A model generated the notes under the pieces. The model did no database searches and was not told where the DNA came from. It saw only the letters and a program-made list of their open reading frames with translations. Below, piece by piece: positions 46,520 through 55,579 of a stretch of DNA of 64,000 bases. The position numbers and the translations under genes are program-made. Within the stretch, counting starts at the first letter, position 1. Every line of letters starts with the position of its first letter. Origin of the DNA: Dehalococcoidia bacterium (GTDB lineage Bacteria > Chloroflexota > Dehalococcoidia > Lucifugimonadales > UBA3495); assembly GCA_965207275.1 (NCBI GenBank), contig CBDBMH010000002.1, positions 985,101 through 1,049,100 on the forward strand. Direction: 5' to 3'.

Positions 46520-47626
46520 TTATTGCCGTCGGCGGCTAGACCTGATCAGTTCCACAATCTCTATTCGGTTGAGCAAACCAATCGGGTGACCATCCTTTAC
46601 CAGAGCAATTACCTGATCGCCCTTCTCGTCAATTCGTTCCAGGGCATCAAAGACGGGGGTTTCCGCATCAATTGTGGGGAAAGCAGTCAGGGGCGTCATC
46701 AATTCAGCCAGGGTGGAGGATTGCAGATTTTCCTGGTTGAAGTATGTAAGTTGCCTACCGGTAACCACCCCAAAAGGAGGTCCATCAACTAGAAGGCCCG
46801 TGTAACCCGTAACGAACAGCGCCATCAAGGCTTCCTTGGAGAGGGCCGGCAAGTGACCGGGCAAGGTCTGCCATTCGCCGGACAAGGCCTCTTCAATACG
46901 GTGAGACCGAAGTGACCGTCGAACTGATTCTTGCCGGTAACTGACGGAGGCAACGTAAAGGAGGAAGCCTCCAACCAGGGCCAGCCACAGGGCCTGCAAA
47001 TTACCGTTCCAAGCCCAGTAAAGTCCTCCGCCCATCATCAGGATGCCGATTCCCTGTCCGGCGTGCAGGGCCACCCTGGTAGCCAGCCAGTAGTTGCCAG
47101 TGGCGCCCCAGATGGCGGCGCGCAGGACCCGTCCCCCATCCAGCGGAAATCCCGGGAGCATATTGAACACGCCGAGGGAGAGATTGATCGCAAAGAGAGA
47201 GAACAGGACCGCGTTCAGGTGGGAACTGTACCCCCCGACCAGTTCCCAGGCCAGCCAGAGGACGCCGGCCAGGGCCAGGCTCGTTACCGGGCCCACGACG
47301 GCAACCAGGAACTCGGTCAGCGGCCGTTGGGCGTCATGACCCAACTGGGAAACTCCTCCGAAAATGAACAGAGTGATTCCCCTTACCGGAATACCCCAGG
47401 CCAGGGCAACCAGGCTGTGAGACAACTCGTGCAGCAGCACCGACAGGAAGAAGAGCAACGTAGTAAGCACCGCCACGGCCCACCGCGATTCAGCGCTCCA
47501 CCGAGGGTATACATCCTGGAAATTGGAGGACATGAGAAAGATTACCAGGAAGAAAACTATCAGCCAGCTGTAGTTTATGCCCAGGGGGATGCCGAAAACT
47601 CTGCCCAGGCGGATTGATGATTCCAT
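46520..47626 (-). CDS. M50 site-2 protease family metalloprotease with C-terminal CBS pair
   Basis: 368-aa ORF with HELSHSLVA (HExxH) in a membrane domain, an NMLPGFPLDGG motif, and a CBS-like C-terminus. Confidence 0.8.
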   Translation of the reverse strand: MESSIRLGRVFGIPLGINYSWLIVFFLVIFLMSSNFQDVYPRWSAESRWAVAVLTTLLFFLSVLLHELSHSLVALAWGIPVRGITLFIFGGVSQLGHDAQRPLTEFLVAVVGPVTSLALAGVLWLAWELVGGYSSHLNAVLFSLFAINLSLGVFNMLPGFPLDGGRVLRAAIWGATGNYWLATRVALHAGQGIGILMMGGGLYWAWNGNLQALWLALVGGFLLYVASVSYRQESVRRSLRSHRIEEALSGEWQTLPGHLPALSKEALMALFVTGYTGLLVDGPPFGVVTGRQLTYFNQENLQSSTLAELMTPLTAFPTIDAETPVFDALERIDEKGDQVIALVKDGHPIGLLNRIEIVELIRSSRRRQ

Positions 47627-47789
47627 ATCGCAGTGTTAACCATCCAGAGATGAGGGCTTACATCGCCCCTACTATCATCTAATCATACGATGGTTATATT
47701 AGGTACAGATTTGGGCCAAGCTGAAAAGAAGCGTTTATCGAAAATTTATCGGAAAGAATGGAGAAGGGTCCCATCCCGACGGGTAAGTG

Positions 47790-48716
47790 TTATGTCAAAT
47801 TAGCGGAAATGGGTGATTGACTGGATGCGGCCGTCAGGCCAATTATCTTGTAGATGAGCTTGGCAGCGATGTAGGAGCAAGCCGGCGGTCCCTCCCGGGG
47901 GGCCAACTCGTTCACATCGAAGCCCACTATCCGGTGGTTCGCGGCAACTTGAGCCAACAGGGCCACTACGTCGTTCCAGAACATGCCACCCGGTTCGGGC
48001 GTGCCTACTGCCGCCATCAGTGACGGGTCCAGTGCGTCCAGGTCGACTGATATGTAAACCTCACGGTTCAAACAGGCCGCGACTCGTTTAGCGAATTCCT
48101 CCGGAGGTTCGTCGACAGGCGGGGGCCAGCCGAATGCGGGTATGGCCTGTTCCCTCATATAGTCGCGTTCATCCGGGGACATGACGCGAACGCCTGCCAG
48201 GACAACGGGGCAACGTTCGCTCAGCCGGCGGGCTCCGGAAGAATGGCCCCAGGAAGTGCCCAGGTATTCATCCTTCAGGTCAGCGTGAGCATCCAGGTAG
48301 AGCACCGACAACCGGGGGTAATGTTCCAGGTGGGCCAGGGCCGAACCAATACATACCGAGTGGTCCCCACCGATCACGCCCACCAGGCGATTTGAGGAAA
48401 CGTATCGTCCAACGGCCTGGCGTACCCTCTCCACCATCTGAGCGGGGTCTCCGGTGTGGGGTTCAAGGGCCGGCGTAGTGTGGATACCCACACGGGATAC
48501 ATCCTGGTCCAGCTCCCAGTCGTAGTCTTCCAGAGCATAGGAGGCCTCAAGGATCGCGGCCGGACCAAGGCGGGCGCCGCTGCGGACTGAAGTGGTGCTG
48601 TCGCACGGCACCGGAATAAGGACGGCGCCGGCCGTTGAGAGGTCGCTTTGGTGGGGTGGCAAGGCTAAGAAGTTGGCCGGTATCCAGGGCAGTTGGTTGT
48701 CCTCTTTCCCAGCCAT
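47790..48716 (-). CDS. speB: agmatinase (arginase/ureohydrolase family)
   Basis: 308-aa ORF with Mn-site motifs GGDHS, LDAHADL and SVDLDALDPS. Confidence 0.8.
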   Translation of the reverse strand: MAGKEDNQLPWIPANFLALPPHQSDLSTAGAVLIPVPCDSTTSVRSGARLGPAAILEASYALEDYDWELDQDVSRVGIHTTPALEPHTGDPAQMVERVRQAVGRYVSSNRLVGVIGGDHSVCIGSALAHLEHYPRLSVLYLDAHADLKDEYLGTSWGHSSGARRLSERCPVVLAGVRVMSPDERDYMREQAIPAFGWPPPVDEPPEEFAKRVAACLNREVYISVDLDALDPSLMAAVGTPEPGGMFWNDVVALLAQVAANHRIVGFDVNELAPREGPPACSYIAAKLIYKIIGLTAASSQSPISANLT

Positions 48717-48733
48717 CGCTTGCGGTATTCGCC

Positions 48734-49141
48734 TCAGGACAACAGGGCCGAACGTTGTTCCCGGGTTTCGCTCAAGCCCTGGTCGCTATTCAGCCACTCC
48801 AGGCCCCGGTCCAGCAGCCAGGTTTTCATATCCGTCAGGTCGAATAGATCCCTGGCATCCCGCGTGGCCTGGTCGTTGTCGAAGGACTTGCAGGAAAAGA
48901 TGTCGATATTGACGTAATTTCGGTAAGGGAAAGTATGGATGCTGATATGGCTCTCTGCGATGATCACAAACCCGGATACGCCGGCGTCCTCAATCTTGGG
49001 GCCATTGTATTCCAGTACGTTGGGTTCCGTTATCCTGGTCATTCCCAGGTTGTCGGGGTAGTGAGTGAGAAAATTTCTGACCAGCTCCACGTCCCACATT
49101 TTTCCGGTGTCGCCGGCGTAACCGTCAATAACCAGGTGCAT
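48734..49141 (-). CDS. pyruvoyl-dependent decarboxylase of the class-1 AdoMetDC fold (SpeD/SpeH-like)
   Basis: ORF 48734-49216. [13 protein letters not shown] is the self-cleavage (Glu-Ser) motif. Start preferred at MHLVIDGY (49141). Confidence 0.75.
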   Translation of the reverse strand: MHLVIDGYAGDTGKMWDVELVRNFLTHYPDNLGMTRITEPNVLEYNGPKIEDAGVSGFVIIAESHISIHTFPYRNYVNIDIFSCKSFDNDQATRDARDLFDLTDMKTWLLDRGLEWLNSDQGLSETREQRSALLS

Positions 49142-49349
49142 CTTTCCTGTCTTTCGCCTCCGGTAGTCAAAAATTAAGCGGGGGACAGTTACGTCCCCCG
49201 GTCTATCTCTTGGCAAACAGCGAAGTATAGAATATCATCACTAATGCTTTTCTTCAACGCTGTAGATTGGGAGCGAATAGGGGGATTTCAGGTAGCCTAA
49301 CTCAATCGCGAGTGCGGTCTGGCAAGGCTCTCCTGTTGCCCTTTGCGAT

Positions 49350-50312
49350 ATGGAAGACCAGAAAACAAACGACATTATGATTCAGGCCTCTGACCTGACC
49401 CACTTTTATGGGCCGCAGCCCGCGATCGAAGACGTGAACTTCGGCGTAAAGCGGGGCGAAATCCTGGGGTTCCTTGGCCCCAATGGGGCTGGCAAGACCA
49501 CCACCATGCGTATTTTGACGGGGTTTATGCCGCCCACAGAGGGCAAAGTAACCCTGGCGGACTATGATGTGGTGGAGCAATCCCTGGAGGTGCGCAAACG
49601 CATCGGTTATCTGCCGGAAACCGTGCCGCTGCACACCGAAATGCAGGTAACGAATTATCTGAAATACATGGGCACCCTGCGCGGCATGCCTAGCCGACAG
49701 ATCAAGCGTCGCGTGGGTGAAGTGATTGATGTCTGCCGTTTGGAGGACTATCACAAGACAATTATCGGCAAGCTGTCCAAGGGGTTTCGGCAGCGTGTGG
49801 GCATCGCGCAAGCCATTCTTCACGAACCGGAAGTGCTGGTCCTGGATGAGCCGACCATCGGGATTGACCCCATTCAGGTTGTGGAGACCAGGCGTCTGAT
49901 CCAGGAACTGGGCAAGGAACAGACGGTGGTATTGAGCAGTCACATTCTTCCTGAAGTAAACATGATCTGTGAACGGGTTCTGATCATCCACGAAGGACAT
50001 ATAGTGGCCGAAGATACACCCAGCAACCTGGCACAAAGGCTTCAGGGCGTCGACCAGCTTCAGGTGGAGGTTGGCGGCCCGGTACAGGATGTCTTGACCG
50101 TGCTGCGCCGCGTCCCGGGAGTATCTGAGGTAACCCAACGGTACAATCAGGGCCGCAACGTGTTTGTTGTCCAGGTTCAGGAAGGCCGAGACCTGCGGGA
50201 CGAAATATCTCGCGCCATAGTCAGCAACGGCTGGAGCTTGCTGAGCATGCAATTGGTGAGCATGAGCCTGGAGGACATATTCCTGCGGCTAACCACCCAC
50301 GAGGAGCTCTAA
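49350..50312 (+). CDS. ABC transporter ATP-binding protein (ABC-2 type)
   Basis: 320-aa ORF with Walker A GPNGAGKTT, signature LSKGFRQR and Walker B VLVLDEPT. Confidence 0.85.
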   Translation: MEDQKTNDIMIQASDLTHFYGPQPAIEDVNFGVKRGEILGFLGPNGAGKTTTMRILTGFMPPTEGKVTLADYDVVEQSLEVRKRIGYLPETVPLHTEMQVTNYLKYMGTLRGMPSRQIKRRVGEVIDVCRLEDYHKTIIGKLSKGFRQRVGIAQAILHEPEVLVLDEPTIGIDPIQVVETRRLIQELGKEQTVVLSSHILPEVNMICERVLIIHEGHIVAEDTPSNLAQRLQGVDQLQVEVGGPVQDVLTVLRRVPGVSEVTQRYNQGRNVFVVQVQEGRDLRDEISRAIVSNGWSLLSMQLVSMSLEDIFLRLTTHEEL

Positions 50313-50313
50313 A

Positions 50314-51039
50314 ATGCGGACAATCCAGGCGGTGGCCTGGAAGGAAGTTCAAGTCTACTTTGGCACCCCTACGGCCTATATAGTCGGCATGATTTTTCTG
50401 GCGCTGACCGGCATTGTCTTTGCCTTTGGCGTGGTGCCCAGCGAGAACAATCCTTTCCCTGAAGCCACCTTGGACACTTTCTTCACCTGGACTTCTCTTT
50501 TCCTGATCTTTCTCCCTCCGGCCTTGACCATGCGCCTCCTGGCGGAGGAGCAGAAGCTGGGCACCATCGAGTTGTTGTTGACCTCTCCGGTGAGGGACTG
50601 GGAAATCATAATCGGTAAGTACGTGGCAAGCTTCGCCTTCCTGCTGGCGATGCTTGCCCTCACGCTCTACTACCCCATATTGCTTTTCATCTTCGCGGAC
50701 CCGGACCCGGGGCCCTTGTACGCGGGTTACCTGGGGTTGATTCTCTACGGAGCGGCGGCTCTGGCCATCGGGATGCTCACTTCCACCATTACCAGCAACC
50801 AGATAGTGGCTCTTATTGTTGGTATCGGCGTGATTGGGGCCCTTTACGTTGTCCACTTCAGCACTGATATTGTTGGCGGAATCGCCGCTGTGCTGATCAG
50901 CGAAATTGGTTTCCAGGCCCACTACGAGGACTTTGGCCGAGGCGTGATAGATACGAAGCACATTGTGTATTTCCTGAGCGTAACCGCAGTATTCCTGTTC
51001 CTGGCGATCCGGGCCCTTGAATTCCGGAGATGGAGATAG
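50314..51039 (+). CDS. ABC-2 type transporter permease
   Basis: 241-aa ORF with about 6 hydrophobic segments. It starts 2 nt after the ATPase stop. Confidence 0.7.
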   Translation: MRTIQAVAWKEVQVYFGTPTAYIVGMIFLALTGIVFAFGVVPSENNPFPEATLDTFFTWTSLFLIFLPPALTMRLLAEEQKLGTIELLLTSPVRDWEIIIGKYVASFAFLLAMLALTLYYPILLFIFADPDPGPLYAGYLGLILYGAAALAIGMLTSTITSNQIVALIVGIGVIGALYVVHFSTDIVGGIAAVLISEIGFQAHYEDFGRGVIDTKHIVYFLSVTAVFLFLAIRALEFRRWR

Positions 51040-51040
51040 A

Positions 51041-52990
51041 ATGAGCGAACAACCTACGGATGCCGGCGGAGATTGGAGGCGGCAAAGAGGACGTGGCCGC
51101 GCAGGGCGATCGCAGGAACCGGAAAGCCCGGAATTGGAAGAGGTCCAGGACGAAGATTCGGAGGAGGGGGAACTCAGATCGAGAACCCTCTTCAGCTTCT
51201 TTGAGCCGTCTCTAAACGCCATCGGTTCCTTCGGCGCGCCGCTGGTAATAGCGGGCATTGTGGCAATTGTGTCGGGGGCCATCCTGGTTGCCTTCGTCAC
51301 TTCCATGCGTCTCTACGGCTACATCAGCCTGGGATTCGGCATTGCCCTTTTGCTGCTGGTTGGCCTTATTTCCCTCAGTTCCGTTGTGGCGGCATTCATA
51401 AGCCGCACCGGGCGGTATGGCGTCAACTCTCTGATTATGTTAGTCGCCTTCCTGGGTATCATTATCGTGGCCAATGCGGTGTCTTTTGGCAATAACGCGC
51501 GGATGGACGTTACGGCTACCAACCAGTACAGTCTTGCCGACCGTACCGACCAGCTCCTGGACAACCTGGACCACGACATCGAAATTATTGCATTCTACAA
51601 AGGCGAGGTTTCCCTGGGCCCCCAGGGAAATCCTGATGCGGCTTACCAGTTGCTGAACAGGGAGAACAAGGTACTTGAGACTTTCCGGGAGTTTGAAGCC
51701 GCCCGTCCCACCAAGGTTGAGACCTCCATTGTTGACCCCGACGTTAATCCCCAGCGCGTGAACCAGTACTTTGGCACGACGCCCATTGCCTTTGTCAACG
51801 AGTCCATCGTGGTTAAGCTGAAGGACGGAGACGTTCAGGACGTAGTCCAGCCGCGGGATGCCGGTTACAGTCACCTGGAGCAAGACCTGGTTACCAGCAT
51901 TCTGCTGGTAACGGGACAGGAACAGAAAGCCGTCTATTTTCTCGCCGGCCACGGGGAGAGGAGCGTCAACAATACGGGTTCCGACGGTTACGGTGAGGCC
52001 CGAATCGGCCTGGAACAGGACAACTACCGCGTAGAAACCCTTCTCTGGGCCAGCAGCGACGAGGACGTCAGTGTTCCCGACGACGCCGCGGTCCTGGTCA
52101 TCGCCCGGCCTACCAACGAGTTGCCCGATGCTCACGCTGATGCATTGCACCGCTACCTTCAGGGAAAGAATCCTGACGGCACCGACCGTCAGCAAGCTGG
52201 TCGGCTGATCTTCCTGGGCGAACCGGATACCCCTGATAGCTTCCGGGAGCTTATTGCTTTCTGGGGTGTGATCCTACGGGGTGGCTACATTTTCGATGAG
52301 GCGGCATCGCTGCCCGACAATCCCGGAAATCTCCAGTTCACGGTATTTAACGATACCAACATGCCTCCCCAGCTTTCGTTCTTCATTAACCAGCAGATTT
52401 CCGATGCCCGCAGCTACCAGGAATTGTGGAAGGCTTTGTTGGGAATCACCGCGCCCAAGGGCAGGTCCCTGGGCCAGGTGACCATGCCAGGTACTACCGC
52501 GCTGGACATCCGGCACGACGGCAATCCTCAGCGGCAGGTCGTACCCCTGGCGATCAGTTCTCAGGCCAGCTACCTGATCGATGACTTGGAGCGAGAGGAA
52601 GTCAGAAAGGGAGAGGTGGAGAACGCCGACCCGGAGGGGCCGTTCCCTCTGATGGTGTTTCACCGCAGCCCTGGCGCCCTGATGACAGATGAGGCATCCG
52701 CCCCGTCCGCTCTGGCAGAGAGTCAAATTTCCCAGATGTTCGTCATTGGCGATTCCGACTTTCTGGCCAATAGCTTTTATGAGCGCGGCGGCGGGGCTGA
52801 CCTGTTCCTGAATTCGGTAAACTACCTGGTGGGCGACCATTCCCTGGTTTCTCTACGGCCCAAAGCCCTGACCGTAAGGGAATTCAACGTGGACAGGAAC
52901 CAGGAGAATTTCGTGAAATTCACTTCCTGGTTGCTCCTGCCGGGGCTGATGGGCCTGATGGCCGCTCTGGTATGGTGGGTGCGGCGTTAG
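51041..52990 (+). CDS. GldG-like ABC-transporter auxiliary protein with charged N-terminal extension
   Basis: ORF 51017-52990 with ATG at 51041. TM segments occur near both ends and a large central domain lies between them. The position after the ABC-2 pair is as in GldA/F/G-like modules (recall-level call). Confidence 0.6.
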   Translation: MSEQPTDAGGDWRRQRGRGRAGRSQEPESPELEEVQDEDSEEGELRSRTLFSFFEPSLNAIGSFGAPLVIAGIVAIVSGAILVAFVTSMRLYGYISLGFGIALLLLVGLISLSSVVAAFISRTGRYGVNSLIMLVAFLGIIIVANAVSFGNNARMDVTATNQYSLADRTDQLLDNLDHDIEIIAFYKGEVSLGPQGNPDAAYQLLNRENKVLETFREFEAARPTKVETSIVDPDVNPQRVNQYFGTTPIAFVNESIVVKLKDGDVQDVVQPRDAGYSHLEQDLVTSILLVTGQEQKAVYFLAGHGERSVNNTGSDGYGEARIGLEQDNYRVETLLWASSDEDVSVPDDAAVLVIARPTNELPDAHADALHRYLQGKNPDGTDRQQAGRLIFLGEPDTPDSFRELIAFWGVILRGGYIFDEAASLPDNPGNLQFTVFNDTNMPPQLSFFINQQISDARSYQELWKALLGITAPKGRSLGQVTMPGTTALDIRHDGNPQRQVVPLAISSQASYLIDDLEREEVRKGEVENADPEGPFPLMVFHRSPGALMTDEASAPSALAESQISQMFVIGDSDFLANSFYERGGGADLFLNSVNYLVGDHSLVSLRPKALTVREFNVDRNQENFVKFTSWLLLPGLMGLMAALVWWVRR

Positions 52991-53137
52991 ATTTGCCAAC
53001 ACCTGCGGCAGCCACGGTGGCGCGGCCAATCCGGCGCGGGTTAGCTGTCGACCTTTTGGGTCTCCAATCCATGACAAGTTCCGTCTCCGTATATTCTGGG
53101 TGAATCTCTTCCGGTTCCAGCAGCGGGTTAACATTCA

Positions 53138-54145
53138 ATGAACATACGGCTTACCATACTCCTCACCATCGTTCTTCTCCTATTTGGAGGCACCTTTGCC
53201 GGCGTAATCCTGACCCGTGATCCTGAGCCCCGGCAGGAACAGGCCTGGCTGTGGAGGGTGGACGATAACTCCCTGACCAATATCCTGGTTACCTACGAGG
53301 GCGAGACGGTGGAATACCGCAAGAAGGAGGGTGGCGTTCGCTGGTTCATAGTGGAGGAGGACCAGGACCGCCAGGTTTATCAGGACAAATGGAGTGGCAC
53401 GCCGCTTCTGTTGAGCGGCCCCAGGGTGAACCGCACCCTGGCGGACGAAATGGAAAGTCCTGCCCAGTATGGCCTGGACCCGCCCATTACCTCGGTGAGG
53501 CTTACGGAGCGTACCGGCCGAACTTATGAGGCCCACCTTGGCCTGGAAACGCCTGACGGCCAGAATCAATACGCCCGCCTGGTAGGGTCGCCCAAGCTCT
53601 TCACGGTGCCGCAAATCTGGGCAAGGGTAGTCAACAGGCTGGTCTTCCAGCCCCCGTATCCACGGCTCTATGATACCGACATCGAAAACCGGGAGTTGCT
53701 GAACGTAGGTAAGCAGGACGCCGTACGTATTGAGGTTACCGTTGATGAGGAAACCCTGCACTATGTATGGGACAGCGTTTCCCAAGCCTGGTTCCTGTTC
53801 GACCAGGCCGAGGGCGCGACAGAAGAAGATGATGTCCGGATTCCCGACGAACTATGGAATGACCGGGATGTTCTCCTGGAAAACCCGGATGTAGTCGACA
53901 CGGTGACAGAGAACCTTAAGGACCCTGAAGAGTATGGGCTTGATCCGGCTGCCGTGCGGGTATGGGTGGGTTTCAATCGGAATAAGGCCCATGAGTTCTT
54001 TCTCGGCGACCTGACGTCGGACGGACAGCACCGTTACGCTTTGACTTCTGGGCAAACGGAGCTGTTCACCGTGCCTGCGGAATGGGCCACTGCTATAGAA
54101 GAGCTGGCCACCGATCCTCCCCTGCCGCCGGAAGAAGGAAGCTGA
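53138..54145 (+). CDS. DUF4340-like protein (N-terminal TM anchor)
   Basis: 335-aa ORF with N-terminal anchor LTILLTIVLLLFGGTFAGVIL. It occupies the usual fourth position of GldG-type modules (recall-level call). Confidence 0.5.
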   Translation: MNIRLTILLTIVLLLFGGTFAGVILTRDPEPRQEQAWLWRVDDNSLTNILVTYEGETVEYRKKEGGVRWFIVEEDQDRQVYQDKWSGTPLLLSGPRVNRTLADEMESPAQYGLDPPITSVRLTERTGRTYEAHLGLETPDGQNQYARLVGSPKLFTVPQIWARVVNRLVFQPPYPRLYDTDIENRELLNVGKQDAVRIEVTVDEETLHYVWDSVSQAWFLFDQAEGATEEDDVRIPDELWNDRDVLLENPDVVDTVTENLKDPEEYGLDPAAVRVWVGFNRNKAHEFFLGDLTSDGQHRYALTSGQTELFTVPAEWATAIEELATDPPLPPEEGS

Positions 54146-54240
54146 CAGCGGTCTTCGGACCTCGCCATCCTAACCTGCTGACATCGGCATTCCTGCCCAG
54201 TTTGGAGAACCATCAGCAATTGGCCAAAGGGGGAACACTC

Positions 54241-55479
54241 TTGAAAGCTGAAATCCTTTCCATTGGCACCGAGCTGCTGATGGGCGAGTTGACGGACACC
54301 AACGGTTCCTGGATTGCCAACCAACTGCCTCCCCTCGGGATCCAGCTCCAGGGGATTTCCATCGTAGGCGATGATCTGCCGGCCCTGTCTGAAGCCTTTT
54401 CCCGTGGCCTCCAGCGGTCCGACTTCATTTTCACCACCGGCGGACTGGGGCCAACCCAGGACGACCTTACTCGAGAAGCGGTGGCAGCCGCCCTGGGCGA
54501 GACGCCCGCCGTTCAAAAAGAGGTAGTTGAAAACCTGGAAAGGTATTTTGCCGGCAGGGGCATGACCATGCCGGCCCACAATATCAAGCAGGCGCACCTC
54601 ATTCCCTCCGCCCGGTTTGTACGCAATCGCAATGGCACCGCGCCCGGCTGGTGGGTGGAAAGTGATGGCAGGATCATCGTATGCATGCCGGGTCCTCCCG
54701 GAGAGATGCAACCCATCTGGCACGAGGAAGTGGCGCCAAAGTTGCGGGAGCTTGTGGAAGATGAGGTCACAATAACGAGAAATATCAAGACCCTTGGCAT
54801 GTCCGAGGCGGCCATCGACGAAGAGATTTCCGAATATTTCGGCCACGAGAATCCTTACCTGGGGATTTACTCCAAGGCAGACGGGATTCACCTGCGGATA
54901 ATTGCGCGCGCCCGAGATGAGGACGTAGCTCGCCAGATGATTGTTCCAGTGGAAGCCGCCATAACTGAACGGCTGGGTCCTTACATTTGGGGATACGACT
55001 CCGATACTCCCGAGCAGGCCGCCGGAAAGGCTCTACACGAGGCTGGATTGACGCTCGCCACCATGGAGTCCTGCAGCGGCGGATTCCTTGCCAACAGCAT
55101 TACGGATATCCCGGACAGTACAAGTTACTACAAGGGAGGCATCATTGCCTTCAATCTGGAAACGCTGCTGGCTGGCGGAGTTCCATCCCACGTTCTGGAA
55201 GAGCATGGCCTGGTGAGTCCTGAAACAGCCATGGCCATGGCCAACGCTGCCCGGGACGGTATGGCCGCCGACTACGGCATAGCCATAACCGGAGTTATCG
55301 GCCCCGAACCGGTTGGAGAGCAGCCGGTGGGGCAGGTGTTCCTGGCAATTGTTGGCAAAAAGAACACCCGGGAGTTGCAGTTCCGCACGCCACCGCGCCG
55401 TATTGTCATTAAGCGGAGGGTGGCCAACACTGCCCTGACCGAATTGCGGAAGCTGATCGTATCAGAGAACGAGGGCTGA
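54241..55479 (+). CDS. cinA: CinA family protein (MoCF-like domain + nicotinamide-nucleotide amidohydrolase PncC domain)
   Basis: ORF 54082-55479. A TTG at 54241 after AAAGGGGGA gives MKAEILSIGTELLMGELTDTN. The C-terminal half carries ESCSGG. Confidence 0.8.
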   Translation: MKAEILSIGTELLMGELTDTNGSWIANQLPPLGIQLQGISIVGDDLPALSEAFSRGLQRSDFIFTTGGLGPTQDDLTREAVAAALGETPAVQKEVVENLERYFAGRGMTMPAHNIKQAHLIPSARFVRNRNGTAPGWWVESDGRIIVCMPGPPGEMQPIWHEEVAPKLRELVEDEVTITRNIKTLGMSEAAIDEEISEYFGHENPYLGIYSKADGIHLRIIARARDEDVARQMIVPVEAAITERLGPYIWGYDSDTPEQAAGKALHEAGLTLATMESCSGGFLANSITDIPDSTSYYKGGIIAFNLETLLAGGVPSHVLEEHGLVSPETAMAMANAARDGMAADYGIAITGVIGPEPVGEQPVGQVFLAIVGKKNTRELQFRTPPRRIVIKRRVANTALTELRKLIVSENEG

Positions 55480-55522
55480 ACCTGGGTCGCATACCGTCTT
55501 CGACTTGGGTTGACCAATGAAT

Positions 55523-55549
55523 GTGGGGCAGGCTTTACGCCTGCCCCAC
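55523..55549. terminator. 11-bp hairpin between convergent genes
   Basis: GTGGGGCAGGC, loop TTTAC, GCCTGCCCCAC. There is no strong T-tract on either side. Confidence 0.4.
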
Positions 55550-55579
55550 TGCTCGTAAACGAGTGTTCGCTGTCGATTG

